Origin: a bacterium
GTDB lineage: Bacteria; Desulfobacterota; DSWW01
DNA length: 64,000 nt
Reading direction: 5' to 3'
Assembly: GCA_040756235.1 (NCBI GenBank)
Contig: JBFLZG010000122.1
Coordinates: forward strand, 1-64,000
Position 1 is the first letter of the stretch. Each line of letters begins with the position of its first letter. Positions 54,675 to 63,126 of the stretch are shown here, one piece after another. Under the pieces are notes generated by a model. That model saw nothing but the letters and a program-made list of their open reading frames with translations, had not been told where the DNA came from and did no database searches. A program made the translations under genes and the position numbers.

Positions 54675-54836
54675 ATGGAAACCATCGAGATTGAGCTCAC
54701 TACCGACGCCGTCTGGGCGGAGTGGTGGACCCCCGAGATCGCCCCCGTGCTCTGCGCCCTCTGCGGCAAGTGCCCGGGCTGGGAAAGCACCGAAAAGCCC
54801 CTGGAGTGCGTGAACGGGAACCCGTGGTGCGGCTGA
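54675..54836 (+). CDS. Small Cys-rich protein, 53 aa (CxxC...C...C, possible zinc ribbon)
   Basis: METIEIELTTDAVWAEWWTPEIAPVLCALCGKCPGWESTEKPLECVNGNPWCG. It lies 27 nt after DUF2997 in the same orientation. Confidence 0.4.
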   Translation: METIEIELTTDAVWAEWWTPEIAPVLCALCGKCPGWESTEKPLECVNGNPWCG

Positions 54837-54938
54837 CGGATCCACACAAGTCCGCCGTTGCCCTCTGCCCCCTGCCGTCCGGAGGCAGAGGGCAACTCCC
54901 TCGAAGCGAACCTTCCCAACGCTGGAGGAAAGATTCCC

Positions 54939-55856
54939 ATGGAGAACGGAAGCATCTATCACGACGGCGTGGTCCTGATTCTCGAGACGAGCTGCTGGGG
55001 GGCAAGGAAAAAGCTCCCCCAGGACAGAATCAACGTCTCGGCGGACCCGAAGTTCGTCTCCGGCACCAAGCGCCTCGTCGACCACGAGAAGTATCTCAAG
55101 CCCATCCGCCGGAACCAGCAGCAGGCTTTCGAGCGGATCCGGGACCGGTGGGCCGTGCCCGGTTTTCCCTTGACCGGGGCAAGCTTCATCCCCAAGGCCA
55201 ATATCGAGACCGTGGATTCGATTCTCCAGGAGCACCTCCGCGCTCACGAGGAGCTGGTGCGTGAGTTCCTGCCCCTTTACCCCCGGATGAAGGAGGAGGC
55301 GCGGGCCCAGCTCGAGCCGGACGGTCTCTTCGACGAGGAGGAGTACCCCAAGGACGTGCTCTCCAGGTTCAGCTTCACCTGGAAGTACGTGATCCTCGAG
55401 GCCCCGGATGCGGGAGCGAACGTCATGACCGCGCCCATGCTCGAGCGGGAGAAGGAGAAGATCGGGCTCATGATCGAGGAGTTCAGAGCGAACGCCGTCG
55501 CGATCCTCAGGAAGGAGTTCGCGCGAACGGTGGCGGGTCTTGCCGAGTGTTTGAAGAGCGGCAACAAACGCCGGATCAGGCAGGAGTCTCTGGAGAGCTT
55601 GAACGAGTGGATAGAGCGCTTCGAGCGGGTAAACATCAACAACGACCGAGAGCTCGCCGGGATCGTGGAGACCATGCGCTCCCTCGTCGTGGGGACCGAC
55701 GCAAAGGAGCTCCGGAACAACGACCTCTTCCGGAGGACGATCTCGAACCAGATGGCCGAAATCTCGGTGACCCTCGCGAGTCTCGCCGAAGAAGTCCCCA
55801 AAAGACGTATCGTCCCCGTGAACCCCGACTGCATGAACGCCTCGCAGGCAGGATAG
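54939..55856 (+). CDS. Hypothetical protein, 305 aa (mixed alpha/beta N-terminus, helical acidic C-terminal half)
   Basis: ATG at aa 28 of ORF 54858..55856. No family recognised from sequence alone. Confidence 0.5.
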   Translation: MENGSIYHDGVVLILETSCWGARKKLPQDRINVSADPKFVSGTKRLVDHEKYLKPIRRNQQQAFERIRDRWAVPGFPLTGASFIPKANIETVDSILQEHLRAHEELVREFLPLYPRMKEEARAQLEPDGLFDEEEYPKDVLSRFSFTWKYVILEAPDAGANVMTAPMLEREKEKIGLMIEEFRANAVAILRKEFARTVAGLAECLKSGNKRRIRQESLESLNEWIERFERVNINNDRELAGIVETMRSLVVGTDAKELRNNDLFRRTISNQMAEISVTLASLAEEVPKRRIVPVNPDCMNASQAG

Positions 55857-55941
55857 CTGCTCCCGGTCCCCCTCCCCTGCCCTTTCCCTCATCCCTCCTT
55901 TCCCCACACACCAGATCTCCGCTTTCACAAGGAGACCAAAG

Positions 55942-56733
55942 ATGATCGACCACATCAGCCCCTCCATGCTCGGGACCTGGCTCCGCTGCGGGGAGCAGTT
56001 CCGGCGCCGGTACATCGAGGACGAACGGATCCCGCCGGGGGTCTCGGCCCGCCGGGGGAGTGCGGTCCACAAGGTGGCCGAGCTCAACTACACCCACAAG
56101 AAGCTCACAGGTGAAGATATGCCGCTCGCCGATCTCAAAGACGCCTGCCGGGACGAGTACGTGCGCCTCATCCGGGACGAAGGCGTGTACTTTCCTCCGC
56201 AGCTGCTTCCGGAGAAAGCCGGGCTCCTCAACCGCTCGCTCGACGAGGCCCTGAAGGCGACCGCACTCTTCAGGAGCGAGATCGCGCCCCGAGTCACGCC
56301 ACTGGAAACCGAGCTTCCGGTGGAAGAGGACCTGGGCTTCGGTCTTCCGGTCGTAGGGATCCTCGATCTCGTAGAGCCCGAAGGGCGCCTGAGCGATCTC
56401 AAAGTCATGGACAGAAAAGGCCAGGAGTGGGCCGACCGCGAGCTCCAGCCCACCTTCTACTGCGCGCTCTGGCACGCAAAGACCGGCCAGTGGCCGGCCG
56501 CCTTCCGCTTCGACCTCATCGTCCCCAACAAGACCCCTGTCCACGTGGAGCTCACGACCCAGCGGACTCCGAAAGACCTCGAGGTCCTCGCCCGCTACGT
56601 CCGCAATTTTCTCAAGGACCTAGAAGCAGGGGTCTTCAGGCCCGCGGACCCGGGGCACTGGGTCTGCCGGCCGCTCTACTGCGGGTACTACATGACCTGC
56701 CCGTACACCACGGGCGGAAACGGAAACGCCTAA
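55942..56733 (+). CDS. PD-(D/E)XK nuclease, Cas4/RecB-like with 4-Cys Fe-S cluster
   Basis: N-terminal Cys (WLRCGEQF). Catalytic motifs are GILDLVEPEGRLSDLKV (D...E-x-K). The C-terminus has a Q/Y motif and the triad WVCRPLYCGYYMTCPY (C-x5-C-x5-C). Confidence 0.7.
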   Translation: MIDHISPSMLGTWLRCGEQFRRRYIEDERIPPGVSARRGSAVHKVAELNYTHKKLTGEDMPLADLKDACRDEYVRLIRDEGVYFPPQLLPEKAGLLNRSLDEALKATALFRSEIAPRVTPLETELPVEEDLGFGLPVVGILDLVEPEGRLSDLKVMDRKGQEWADRELQPTFYCALWHAKTGQWPAAFRFDLIVPNKTPVHVELTTQRTPKDLEVLARYVRNFLKDLEAGVFRPADPGHWVCRPLYCGYYMTCPYTTGGNGNA

Positions 56734-56769
56734 GGAGCGAACCCTATGACCACAGGGAGGTGAAATAAC

Positions 56770-57807
56770 ATGGCAAGGAAGACTGTCAATGCACAGGAGC
56801 ACCCTCTCGCGCTGATCGATCCCGCGATCCTGGACCAGATCCGGGTCTTCTCCGGTCTCCCGGAGGAGAGGGCTCTCCCCGCCCCCGCGGCAGCGGTCCT
56901 GCCGGAAGCGTCCCACGAGGGGCTCCTTCGGACCCAGACCCGCTACACCACGGCGATCGCGGTCCAGAAGCCGCGCGCCATTTCGCGGGTCGTCTCCAAG
57001 GTGCTCGAAGAGGCCCGGCTTGCCGGCGAGAGCTTCTACTACTACTGGGAGGTGGAGGACCGGCAGAAGGGCCGCAAGGTCCCGGTCGAAGGCCCGTCGA
57101 TCGATCTCGCCATGAGCCTCGCCAGGAACTACGAGAACTGCGCGGTGGACGTGGATGTGACCGAGACCCCCACCCACTACAACTTCAAGGGGGTATTCAT
57201 CGATCTCCAGACCGGGTTCACCTACACCCGGCTCTTCCGGCAGAGAAAGAGCCAGAAGCTCTCCTCCCGGATGGACGGCGAGCGCCAGGAGGACATCGTC
57301 TTCCAGATCGGCCAGTCCAAGACCCAGAGAAACGCCATCACGCGCGCCATGCCGGGCTGGCTCGTGGAGAAGGCGATCGAGACCGCCAAGCAGGCCGTGC
57401 TTTCGGGGATCAGCCCGGAGACCATTCACCTGGCGCGCATCAAGGTCATCGAATTCTTCTCGAAGTACGGGGTCACCCAGGCCCAGATCGAGGCCGAACG
57501 CGGCCGACCCATCGACCGGTGGACCCCCAGAGACATCGTGGACCTGCGCGGCATGGCGACGGCCCTCAAGGAAGGAAGGGTTTCGGCGGCGGAAATCTTC
57601 CCGCCGGTGCAACCGGCCCCCGCGAGCGGCCCGCCCGAAAGTAATGACACGACCTCCGAGGGAGCTTCCAGCCCTACTTCCCCTTCGGGAGAAGAGGCTC
57701 TCCAGGAGCCCACCAAACCCTGCCCGAACTGGGAGGGGCAGCCCAAGCCGGTCGCTTACTGCAACACCATCTGCACCGACCGGGAAGGCTGCCCGGCATG
57801 GGATTGA
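56770..57807 (+). CDS. Hypothetical protein, 345 aa. Possible RecT/Redbeta-like single-strand annealing protein, low confidence
   Basis: The central region (ESFYYYWEVEDRQKGRKVPVEGPSIDLAMSLARNYENCAVDVDVTE...FQIGQSKTQRNAITRAMPGW) loosely resembles the RecT core. The tail is Ser/Pro-rich and ends C-x-N-x-C-x5-C. It sits directly downstream of the nuclease, as in phage exo-SSAP pairs. Confidence 0.35.
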   Translation: MARKTVNAQEHPLALIDPAILDQIRVFSGLPEERALPAPAAAVLPEASHEGLLRTQTRYTTAIAVQKPRAISRVVSKVLEEARLAGESFYYYWEVEDRQKGRKVPVEGPSIDLAMSLARNYENCAVDVDVTETPTHYNFKGVFIDLQTGFTYTRLFRQRKSQKLSSRMDGERQEDIVFQIGQSKTQRNAITRAMPGWLVEKAIETAKQAVLSGISPETIHLARIKVIEFFSKYGVTQAQIEAERGRPIDRWTPRDIVDLRGMATALKEGRVSAAEIFPPVQPAPASGPPESNDTTSEGASSPTSPSGEEALQEPTKPCPNWEGQPKPVAYCNTICTDREGCPAWD

Positions 57808-58049
57808 GGGGAGAGAGGGGGGCGAGCGCTACCGAGCGCGCCTCCCAGGCATTCCAACCCCCGCCGCCCCTTCACATCGCAGGGGAGCCAGTATCCTGTT
57901 CCACGGGGCTGCTTCGCCTGCGTCAGTCTCGAGGAATCCGCACCGACCCACCTTCTGCACAATTGCTCACTGGATGTATCATGATCCATGAAAAGGTGAG
58001 GTTGAATTCGCCGAGAGACGTACCTGGTTTGCCAGAAAGGGCAGTAGCA

Positions 58050-58265
58050 ATGTTCGACCGGATCACATTCGACCCGCAGATAATGGGAGGGCGAGCCTGC
58101 GTCCGCGGAATGCGCATCCCGGTTTCAGTCATCGTCGGTCAGATTGCCCACGGCGCCACTTTCGACGAGATTCTTGAAGGGTATCCGGACCTGGAGCGGG
58201 AGGACATTCAACAGGCGATTGAATACGCCGCATGGCTCACACAAGAAGAAGTCCATTCACTATAG
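58050..58265 (+). CDS. DUF433 family antitoxin-like protein, 71 aa
   Basis: MFDRITFDPQIMGGRACVRGMRIPVSVIVGQIAHGATFDEILEGYPDLEREDIQQAIEYAA is the canonical DUF433 pattern. Confidence 0.75.
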   Translation: MFDRITFDPQIMGGRACVRGMRIPVSVIVGQIAHGATFDEILEGYPDLEREDIQQAIEYAAWLTQEEVHSL

Positions 58266-58268
58266 GTA

Positions 58269-58648
58269 ATGGCCATGCGATTCCTCGCGGACATGGGCGT
58301 AAGCATCCGAGTGGTCGACTGGCTGAGAGAACAGGGCCACGAGGTCAATGATCTTCGGGAGGAAGGACTCCAGAGATTGCACAACGGAGACATATTCGCG
58401 AAGGCACTCTCAGAGAAGCGAATCATTCTCACCTTCGACTTGGATTTTGGGGAAATTGCCGCGTTCGCGAAGGACAGAACGCAGCAGTCGTGGTTTTCAG
58501 ACTTCGCAACGCCCGTGCGTCACACGTAATCAAGCGACACTCCACTGTTCTCGCGGAATCGATCGAGGCGCTCGAGAAAGGATCCATCATCACGGTGGAG
58601 GAGTCGCGCCACCGGGTTCGCTATCTTCCCATCGGGGGTCGCAAGTAG
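58269..58648 (+). pseudogene. DUF5615 (PIN-like/Mut7-C) toxin partner of DUF433, disrupted by a +1 frameshift near 58475
   Basis: Frame 1 gives MAMRFLADMGVSIRVVDWLREQGHEVNDLREEGL...ILTFDLDFGEIAAFAKDR and then stops at 58529. A shifted frame continues QNAAVVVFRLRNARASHVIKRHSTVLAESIEALEKGSIITVEESRHRVRYLPIGGRK and ends with TAG at 58646-58648. Together they reconstruct a full-length DUF5615 protein. Confidence 0.7.
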
Positions 58649-58701
58649 ATTCCACCTGAGACGCTCGGCGCCCTTTCAAGCGCGTGTCCGACGATCCCGC
58701 T

Positions 58702-58965
58702 TCAGACCCGTTCTTCCGCAATCAATCGTTTGACTCGAAGCTCACGCACACTCAGTTCGTCTATCTCCACCCTCTTGAACCTGGCCGTATCCATGGCTAA
58801 CTTCTTCACGGCCAGCCGTCCGATGGCAAGACTCCCTATGGCCAAAGCTCCGACTGCCAGGGCACCCAGGCTCACGACCGCCAGGGCCGTTGCCGCCCTG
58901 GCAAATGCCAGCTGAGACCCTGCCCTTGGATAGATCAGCTCATCCCTCTTTCGAGCCATCTTCAT
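58702..58965 (-). CDS. Small hydrophobic protein, 87 aa (hypothetical)
   Basis: AGGAGG RBS. MKMARKRDELIYPRAGSQLAFARAATALAVVSLGALAVGALAIGSLAIGRLAVKKL... has one or two TM helices with an AxxxG zipper-like pattern. Confidence 0.45.
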   Translation of the reverse strand: MKMARKRDELIYPRAGSQLAFARAATALAVVSLGALAVGALAIGSLAIGRLAVKKLAMDTARFKRVEIDELSVRELRVKRLIAEERV

Positions 58966-59314
58966 GAATCCTCCTGATCCTGTGCATGGGGAATATCGGG
59001 ACAGGCGGCCTTGTCCCCCCTTTCTTGGATTGCCGGCGGGGGCCGGACAGTTCGATGATGCACCGGAAACTTCCTCCTTTGACCCCAACCTCCGTCGCGT
59101 GTCCTGGGCCTGATCGGCAACCTTGTTGGCACACTGCCCGGCGCCTGTACCCCTCCCTCGGGTCCAGCGGGAGTTGGCAGGCGGGAGCCCTGGAAAGTTC
59201 GTCAGGATCAGCGCCCGGACTTCCCCCTCTGGCACGGCCGTTGCTATAGCCAAATGCATCGAGAGACCACCTTGAAATGCAAGCGTTTTCAGTACCCCAA
59301 CAAGGAGACACTCG

Positions 59315-59983
59315 ATGGGACTGCTCACAAGAAGCCTTTTCTGCCAGGGCCTGAATGCTCTCGACACCCCTGAAGAATTCGAGGAGGTCCGGCCCGTCTT
59401 CGAGTTTCAGAGAAGGCGCCTCTCCGAAGACCCGGAAAAGAGAGCCAGCGCCAAGGATCTCTTCCCGTTCCGGCGGGTGCCGGCCCCGGTCAAGTTCGCG
59501 ATCCTTGCGGCCAAGGACCCTGCCCAGCTCAAGGCGCTCGAGCTCCTCTGGCAGGAGGCGTACACGGAACGGATTGGGGCGAAGAAGGGCGACCCGCGCG
59601 ATCCCCGAAATCTACAAGCCACCGGTATCGGGAAAGAACTCGACTTGGGAAGGGTGGACCTTTTCAAGCGGCTTTCCCGGGAAGTCGAAAAGCTTAAGAC
59701 CTTGAAGCAGTGTGCCGCCGCCCGCCGGCTCGTTGCAGCGCACCGCGAGGCGCTCTCGAGGAACGACCCGGACGTGGGTACGGAGGTGGAGGTCGAGGTC
59801 CTCGAGCTCGCCACCAACCTCCCCAGGGAGCTTGTGCGCCTCTTCACAGACCTTGCCGCACCGGAAGAGATACAGGGGTTCGTAAACCTTCTGTCCCGTA
59901 GAGACGCGGCCATTCGCGAGGAGATGAGAAAGGATGTCTGGGTATCGATTCACCCGGACAATTTCAACCACCAGCTGCCCTGA
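59315..59983 (+). CDS. Hypothetical protein, 222 aa
   Basis: Clean ORF with coding-like composition, mostly helical. No family recognised. Confidence 0.45.
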   Translation: MGLLTRSLFCQGLNALDTPEEFEEVRPVFEFQRRRLSEDPEKRASAKDLFPFRRVPAPVKFAILAAKDPAQLKALELLWQEAYTERIGAKKGDPRDPRNLQATGIGKELDLGRVDLFKRLSREVEKLKTLKQCAAARRLVAAHREALSRNDPDVGTEVEVEVLELATNLPRELVRLFTDLAAPEEIQGFVNLLSRRDAAIREEMRKDVWVSIHPDNFNHQLP

Positions 59984-60089
59984 TAGACCAAACGTGAGGT
60001 TTTCCTCACAGCAAAGCCCGCCGCCCGAATAACAGTGTCAGGAGACGATTCACCGTCCCCTCTCTAAAGTATCGGAAAGGAGCGCTCCC

Positions 60090-63053
60090 ATGGATGCGGC
60101 GGCAAAGGAGATCATGACTAAAGGCGGCTCGGCAGACTCACGTTTAAGGAAAGACTTGGACCTATCATCGCCAGAGCATTCCCTCTCCGGACCTGTGCCC
60201 GCGGGTCGCCCGGGCTTCGAGAACGTTGCCCCCCGGCCGGAGCCCGGGACGATCGCGATCCAGGGCTTCGTCGCACCGGCCAGATCGTTCAGCGGGGTCC
60301 GGGATCTGAGAACCCTCACGCTCGACAAACCCTCAGGAGAGATGACCCGCCCGGAAACAGCCGTCTTCCGGGTCGCCCGCTCAGCAATTCTCGACCCGGG
60401 CGGCGCAATCAAGGGGACCGACACCGCGAGGGCCCAAAGCCTCATCTGGGAAGCGGCGGAAATCCAGAGCCCGCCGGAGAGGCTGGCCTTCTTCCGCGAG
60501 AAGGGAATTAAGATTATCGCGGACTACTCGACAGCCGATTCCGGAAACCGCCATCTGCTCCTCATCGATCGGGAGCTCGAGATCGAGAGTGCGCCTTACG
60601 ACGGGAGAGGCATCGAGGGCACGCCGCAGGGAAAGGGCCACGCCGACTTTCTGAAGAGGGCGTCTCTTTCAAACGAATACGAGTCCGCGGTCACCGGATT
60701 CCACAGGGGCGACGGCAGCCGGGCGATCGCGCTTCGAAACTCGGATCTCACGCTGAGAGACCGTGCCCATTCGGAGCTTTTGGAGCGGGAGCGCGCGCCT
60801 CTGGTACTCGTCGCAGAGTCCCTGAACGGCCGCCCGGAAGACATTACCCTTGTCCACATAGCGGATCTCAAGGGCCGCACGCAGTACAGCACCTATGTGC
60901 ACCCCGAAAGATCCTTTCCCGTCCGGGACGAGGCCCGCGGGGGCTTTACCCCCGAATACCTCGGGAGACCCGGCTGGGACATCCTCGCCGCAGCACCTTC
61001 CAGAAACGAGATTCTGCCCGAGATCAAGGCATTTCTCGATTCCGGCTCAACGGTTCTGATCCCGACCCGAAGCGGCCCGGAAGCGAGCCTCATCCAGGCG
61101 GTCCGGCAGAGAGAGCACGCGCCAGCTGCGGTTCCCGAGTTCAGGAACACGCCCTTGGAGCGCGCGGCGAGCGAGTACGCCAGGGAAATGGTTCGGGCCC
61201 GGACCCGGGACACAGTTGTGGTGCTCGATCACCCGGAACGTCTAGGAAGCCTCACGGAAAACGCCCGCAGGCAGATACGGAACGCAGAATTTCTTTCCGT
61301 CCACGAGCGGGCCGCGGTTTACGGAGAGATCTATACAGAGATGCAAGCCCAGGCCCTGAGATCAGGCCCAAACCACGAACTGCTGAACTCCGGACCCGAA
61401 CGGCACGCGCTCCTCCCCTACCCGGAGCCCCAGACTGAGAAAGCACCGAGACCCCTTCACACGCTCCGCGTCTTCCAACGCCTCCCGGAGGCGGCAAACG
61501 GGCCGATCGACCTCGCCAGGTTCGGCGAGCAGTACCGGGAGACTCTGACTGCCAGAGGACACATGGATCACGACATGCTCCTCAACCTCACGCGATACGA
61601 GGCATGGTGGGAGAAGATCGTTCCCGAGACGGGGGTCGCCCTCGCGGACGGCTCCCTCCCACGGACCGCCCAGGCTGGGGACATCATCGTCGAGGTAGGC
61701 CAGGAAAAGAGCGCGAACCGGGCGTTCGTCGTGGACCGCCTGGGACGGCCAAGAGAGGTCGAGACCGTCCCCATAACCAAGGGGACCATACCCAATCTGA
61801 GCTACAACCCGACTGAAGGCGCCCCGAACTGGGTCGCCGCAGTGAGACCCCACCCCGAGCAGCCCGGCCTCCTCATGCGAACCCCGGAAGTCGTAACCCG
61901 CTCCGGCAACCGGGTTACGGCCGACGCATTCTTTCTGGATACCGCAGAAGGGGGGAGGTTTGCTTCTGCCGAGAAGATCCGGCCCGGACATATCCTGGAA
62001 TTCGGTGGGGACGAGCTTGCAGGCGGTGAAAGCTTCAAGAACCGCACCTACCGGCTCGTACTCGGGAATACCCAGGATCGACTCCTCGTGGCGGAGATCA
62101 GTAGAGACGAAGCCGCGAGCCCCCTCCAAGCCTTCGAGCACGTGAACCCGCGCCACGTCTTCGAGGCGTACCTGGTCTCGGCCGACGGCAGCCGGAGATA
62201 CCCCGGGCGCGAGAGCGAGCCGGAGAAAAGGATCCCGGATAGAATCCCCCCAAGCTTCCGGCCCACGGCGGAGGTCACCTTGGCCCTGGACCGGAAGGTC
62301 CACGTGAACGACAAGGCCGTGCTCGTCCTCATGGATACGGATAAGATCCTTGACCCCCACAACCAGATCGGCGGCGAGGCTCCGGAGAGACTCCGCATCC
62401 ATCGGGTACACGCGAGCGAAATCGCCGCAAGTTTGAAGACCGCACGCGAGCAAGGGGCCCCGGATTCCGCCCTCTCCTCCCTGCGGGCCCAGGCGCTCAA
62501 AGAGCGGGGTTACGTTGGAGAGATAGGCTTTGCCGTGACCAAGAACGCGGAAGTCGCGACCGTCCTACACGTGCCGGACGCAAGCCGGGTGAGGATCATC
62601 CAGACGGGGAAGGCTCTCGCCGAGGATAGAATCCCGAAGAATATCTCGGCCGAGGCCTCCAGGGACAACTTCCTCGCTTCCTTCTACTCGCTGGAAGAGA
62701 GGACGGCTCTGGGAGCCGGCCTCAACGCCATGGCACAGGCCGGCCGGGTCGCGGGAGCAGTGCGGGACCAGCGGGCCCAAGAACTATCCACCGTGCCCGA
62801 GGCACGCACCGCCGAGCCGCCTCCTCTCACCCGTCTCGAGAGGACCGTCCTCGAGTACAAGAGCCTCCCCGAAACACGCGCCGGCGCCATGGCCCCGGAG
62901 GCCGCCAAGCTCATCCTCGATCAAGTCCGGGACGCAAAGGCCGAGGAAGCTCGGTCCGTCGTGAACAAAGAGATCCAGTGGCGAGAGGACAGACAGGCCG
63001 AACGCGTCCAGGACAAACAGATCTCAAGGCGGCAGTGGGAGCTGGGGCTATAG
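60090..63053 (+). CDS. Large hypothetical protein, 987 aa (orphan, no recognisable domains)
   Basis: A single uninterrupted ORF with an AAAGGAG RBS upstream. Composition is balanced and non-repetitive, with no TM segments. I cannot assign a family. Confidence 0.5.
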   Translation: MDAAAKEIMTKGGSADSRLRKDLDLSSPEHSLSGPVPAGRPGFENVAPRPEPGTIAIQGFVAPARSFSGVRDLRTLTLDKPSGEMTRPETAVFRVARSAILDPGGAIKGTDTARAQSLIWEAAEIQSPPERLAFFREKGIKIIADYSTADSGNRHLLLIDRELEIESAPYDGRGIEGTPQGKGHADFLKRASLSNEYESAVTGFHRGDGSRAIALRNSDLTLRDRAHSELLERERAPLVLVAESLNGRPEDITLVHIADLKGRTQYSTYVHPERSFPVRDEARGGFTPEYLGRPGWDILAAAPSRNEILPEIKAFLDSGSTVLIPTRSGPEASLIQAVRQREHAPAAVPEFRNTPLERAASEYAREMVRARTRDTVVVLDHPERLGSLTENARRQIRNAEFLSVHERAAVYGEIYTEMQAQALRSGPNHELLNSGPERHALLPYPEPQTEKAPRPLHTLRVFQRLPEAANGPIDLARFGEQYRETLTARGHMDHDMLLNLTRYEAWWEKIVPETGVALADGSLPRTAQAGDIIVEVGQEKSANRAFVVDRLGRPREVETVPITKGTIPNLSYNPTEGAPNWVAAVRPHPEQPGLLMRTPEVVTRSGNRVTADAFFLDTAEGGRFASAEKIRPGHILEFGGDELAGGESFKNRTYRLVLGNTQDRLLVAEISRDEAASPLQAFEHVNPRHVFEAYLVSADGSRRYPGRESEPEKRIPDRIPPSFRPTAEVTLALDRKVHVNDKAVLVLMDTDKILDPHNQIGGEAPERLRIHRVHASEIAASLKTAREQGAPDSALSSLRAQALKERGYVGEIGFAVTKNAEVATVLHVPDASRVRIIQTGKALAEDRIPKNISAEASRDNFLASFYSLEERTALGAGLNAMAQAGRVAGAVRDQRAQELSTVPEARTAEPPPLTRLERTVLEYKSLPETRAGAMAPEAAKLILDQVRDAKAEEARSVVNKEIQWREDRQAERVQDKQISRRQWELGL

Positions 63054-63126
63054 GAGAGGACACCCAGTATCTGGAAACTGGCTTTTCGTATACTTCTAAG
63101 TTCTTCATGACATGCCCACTCACAAC

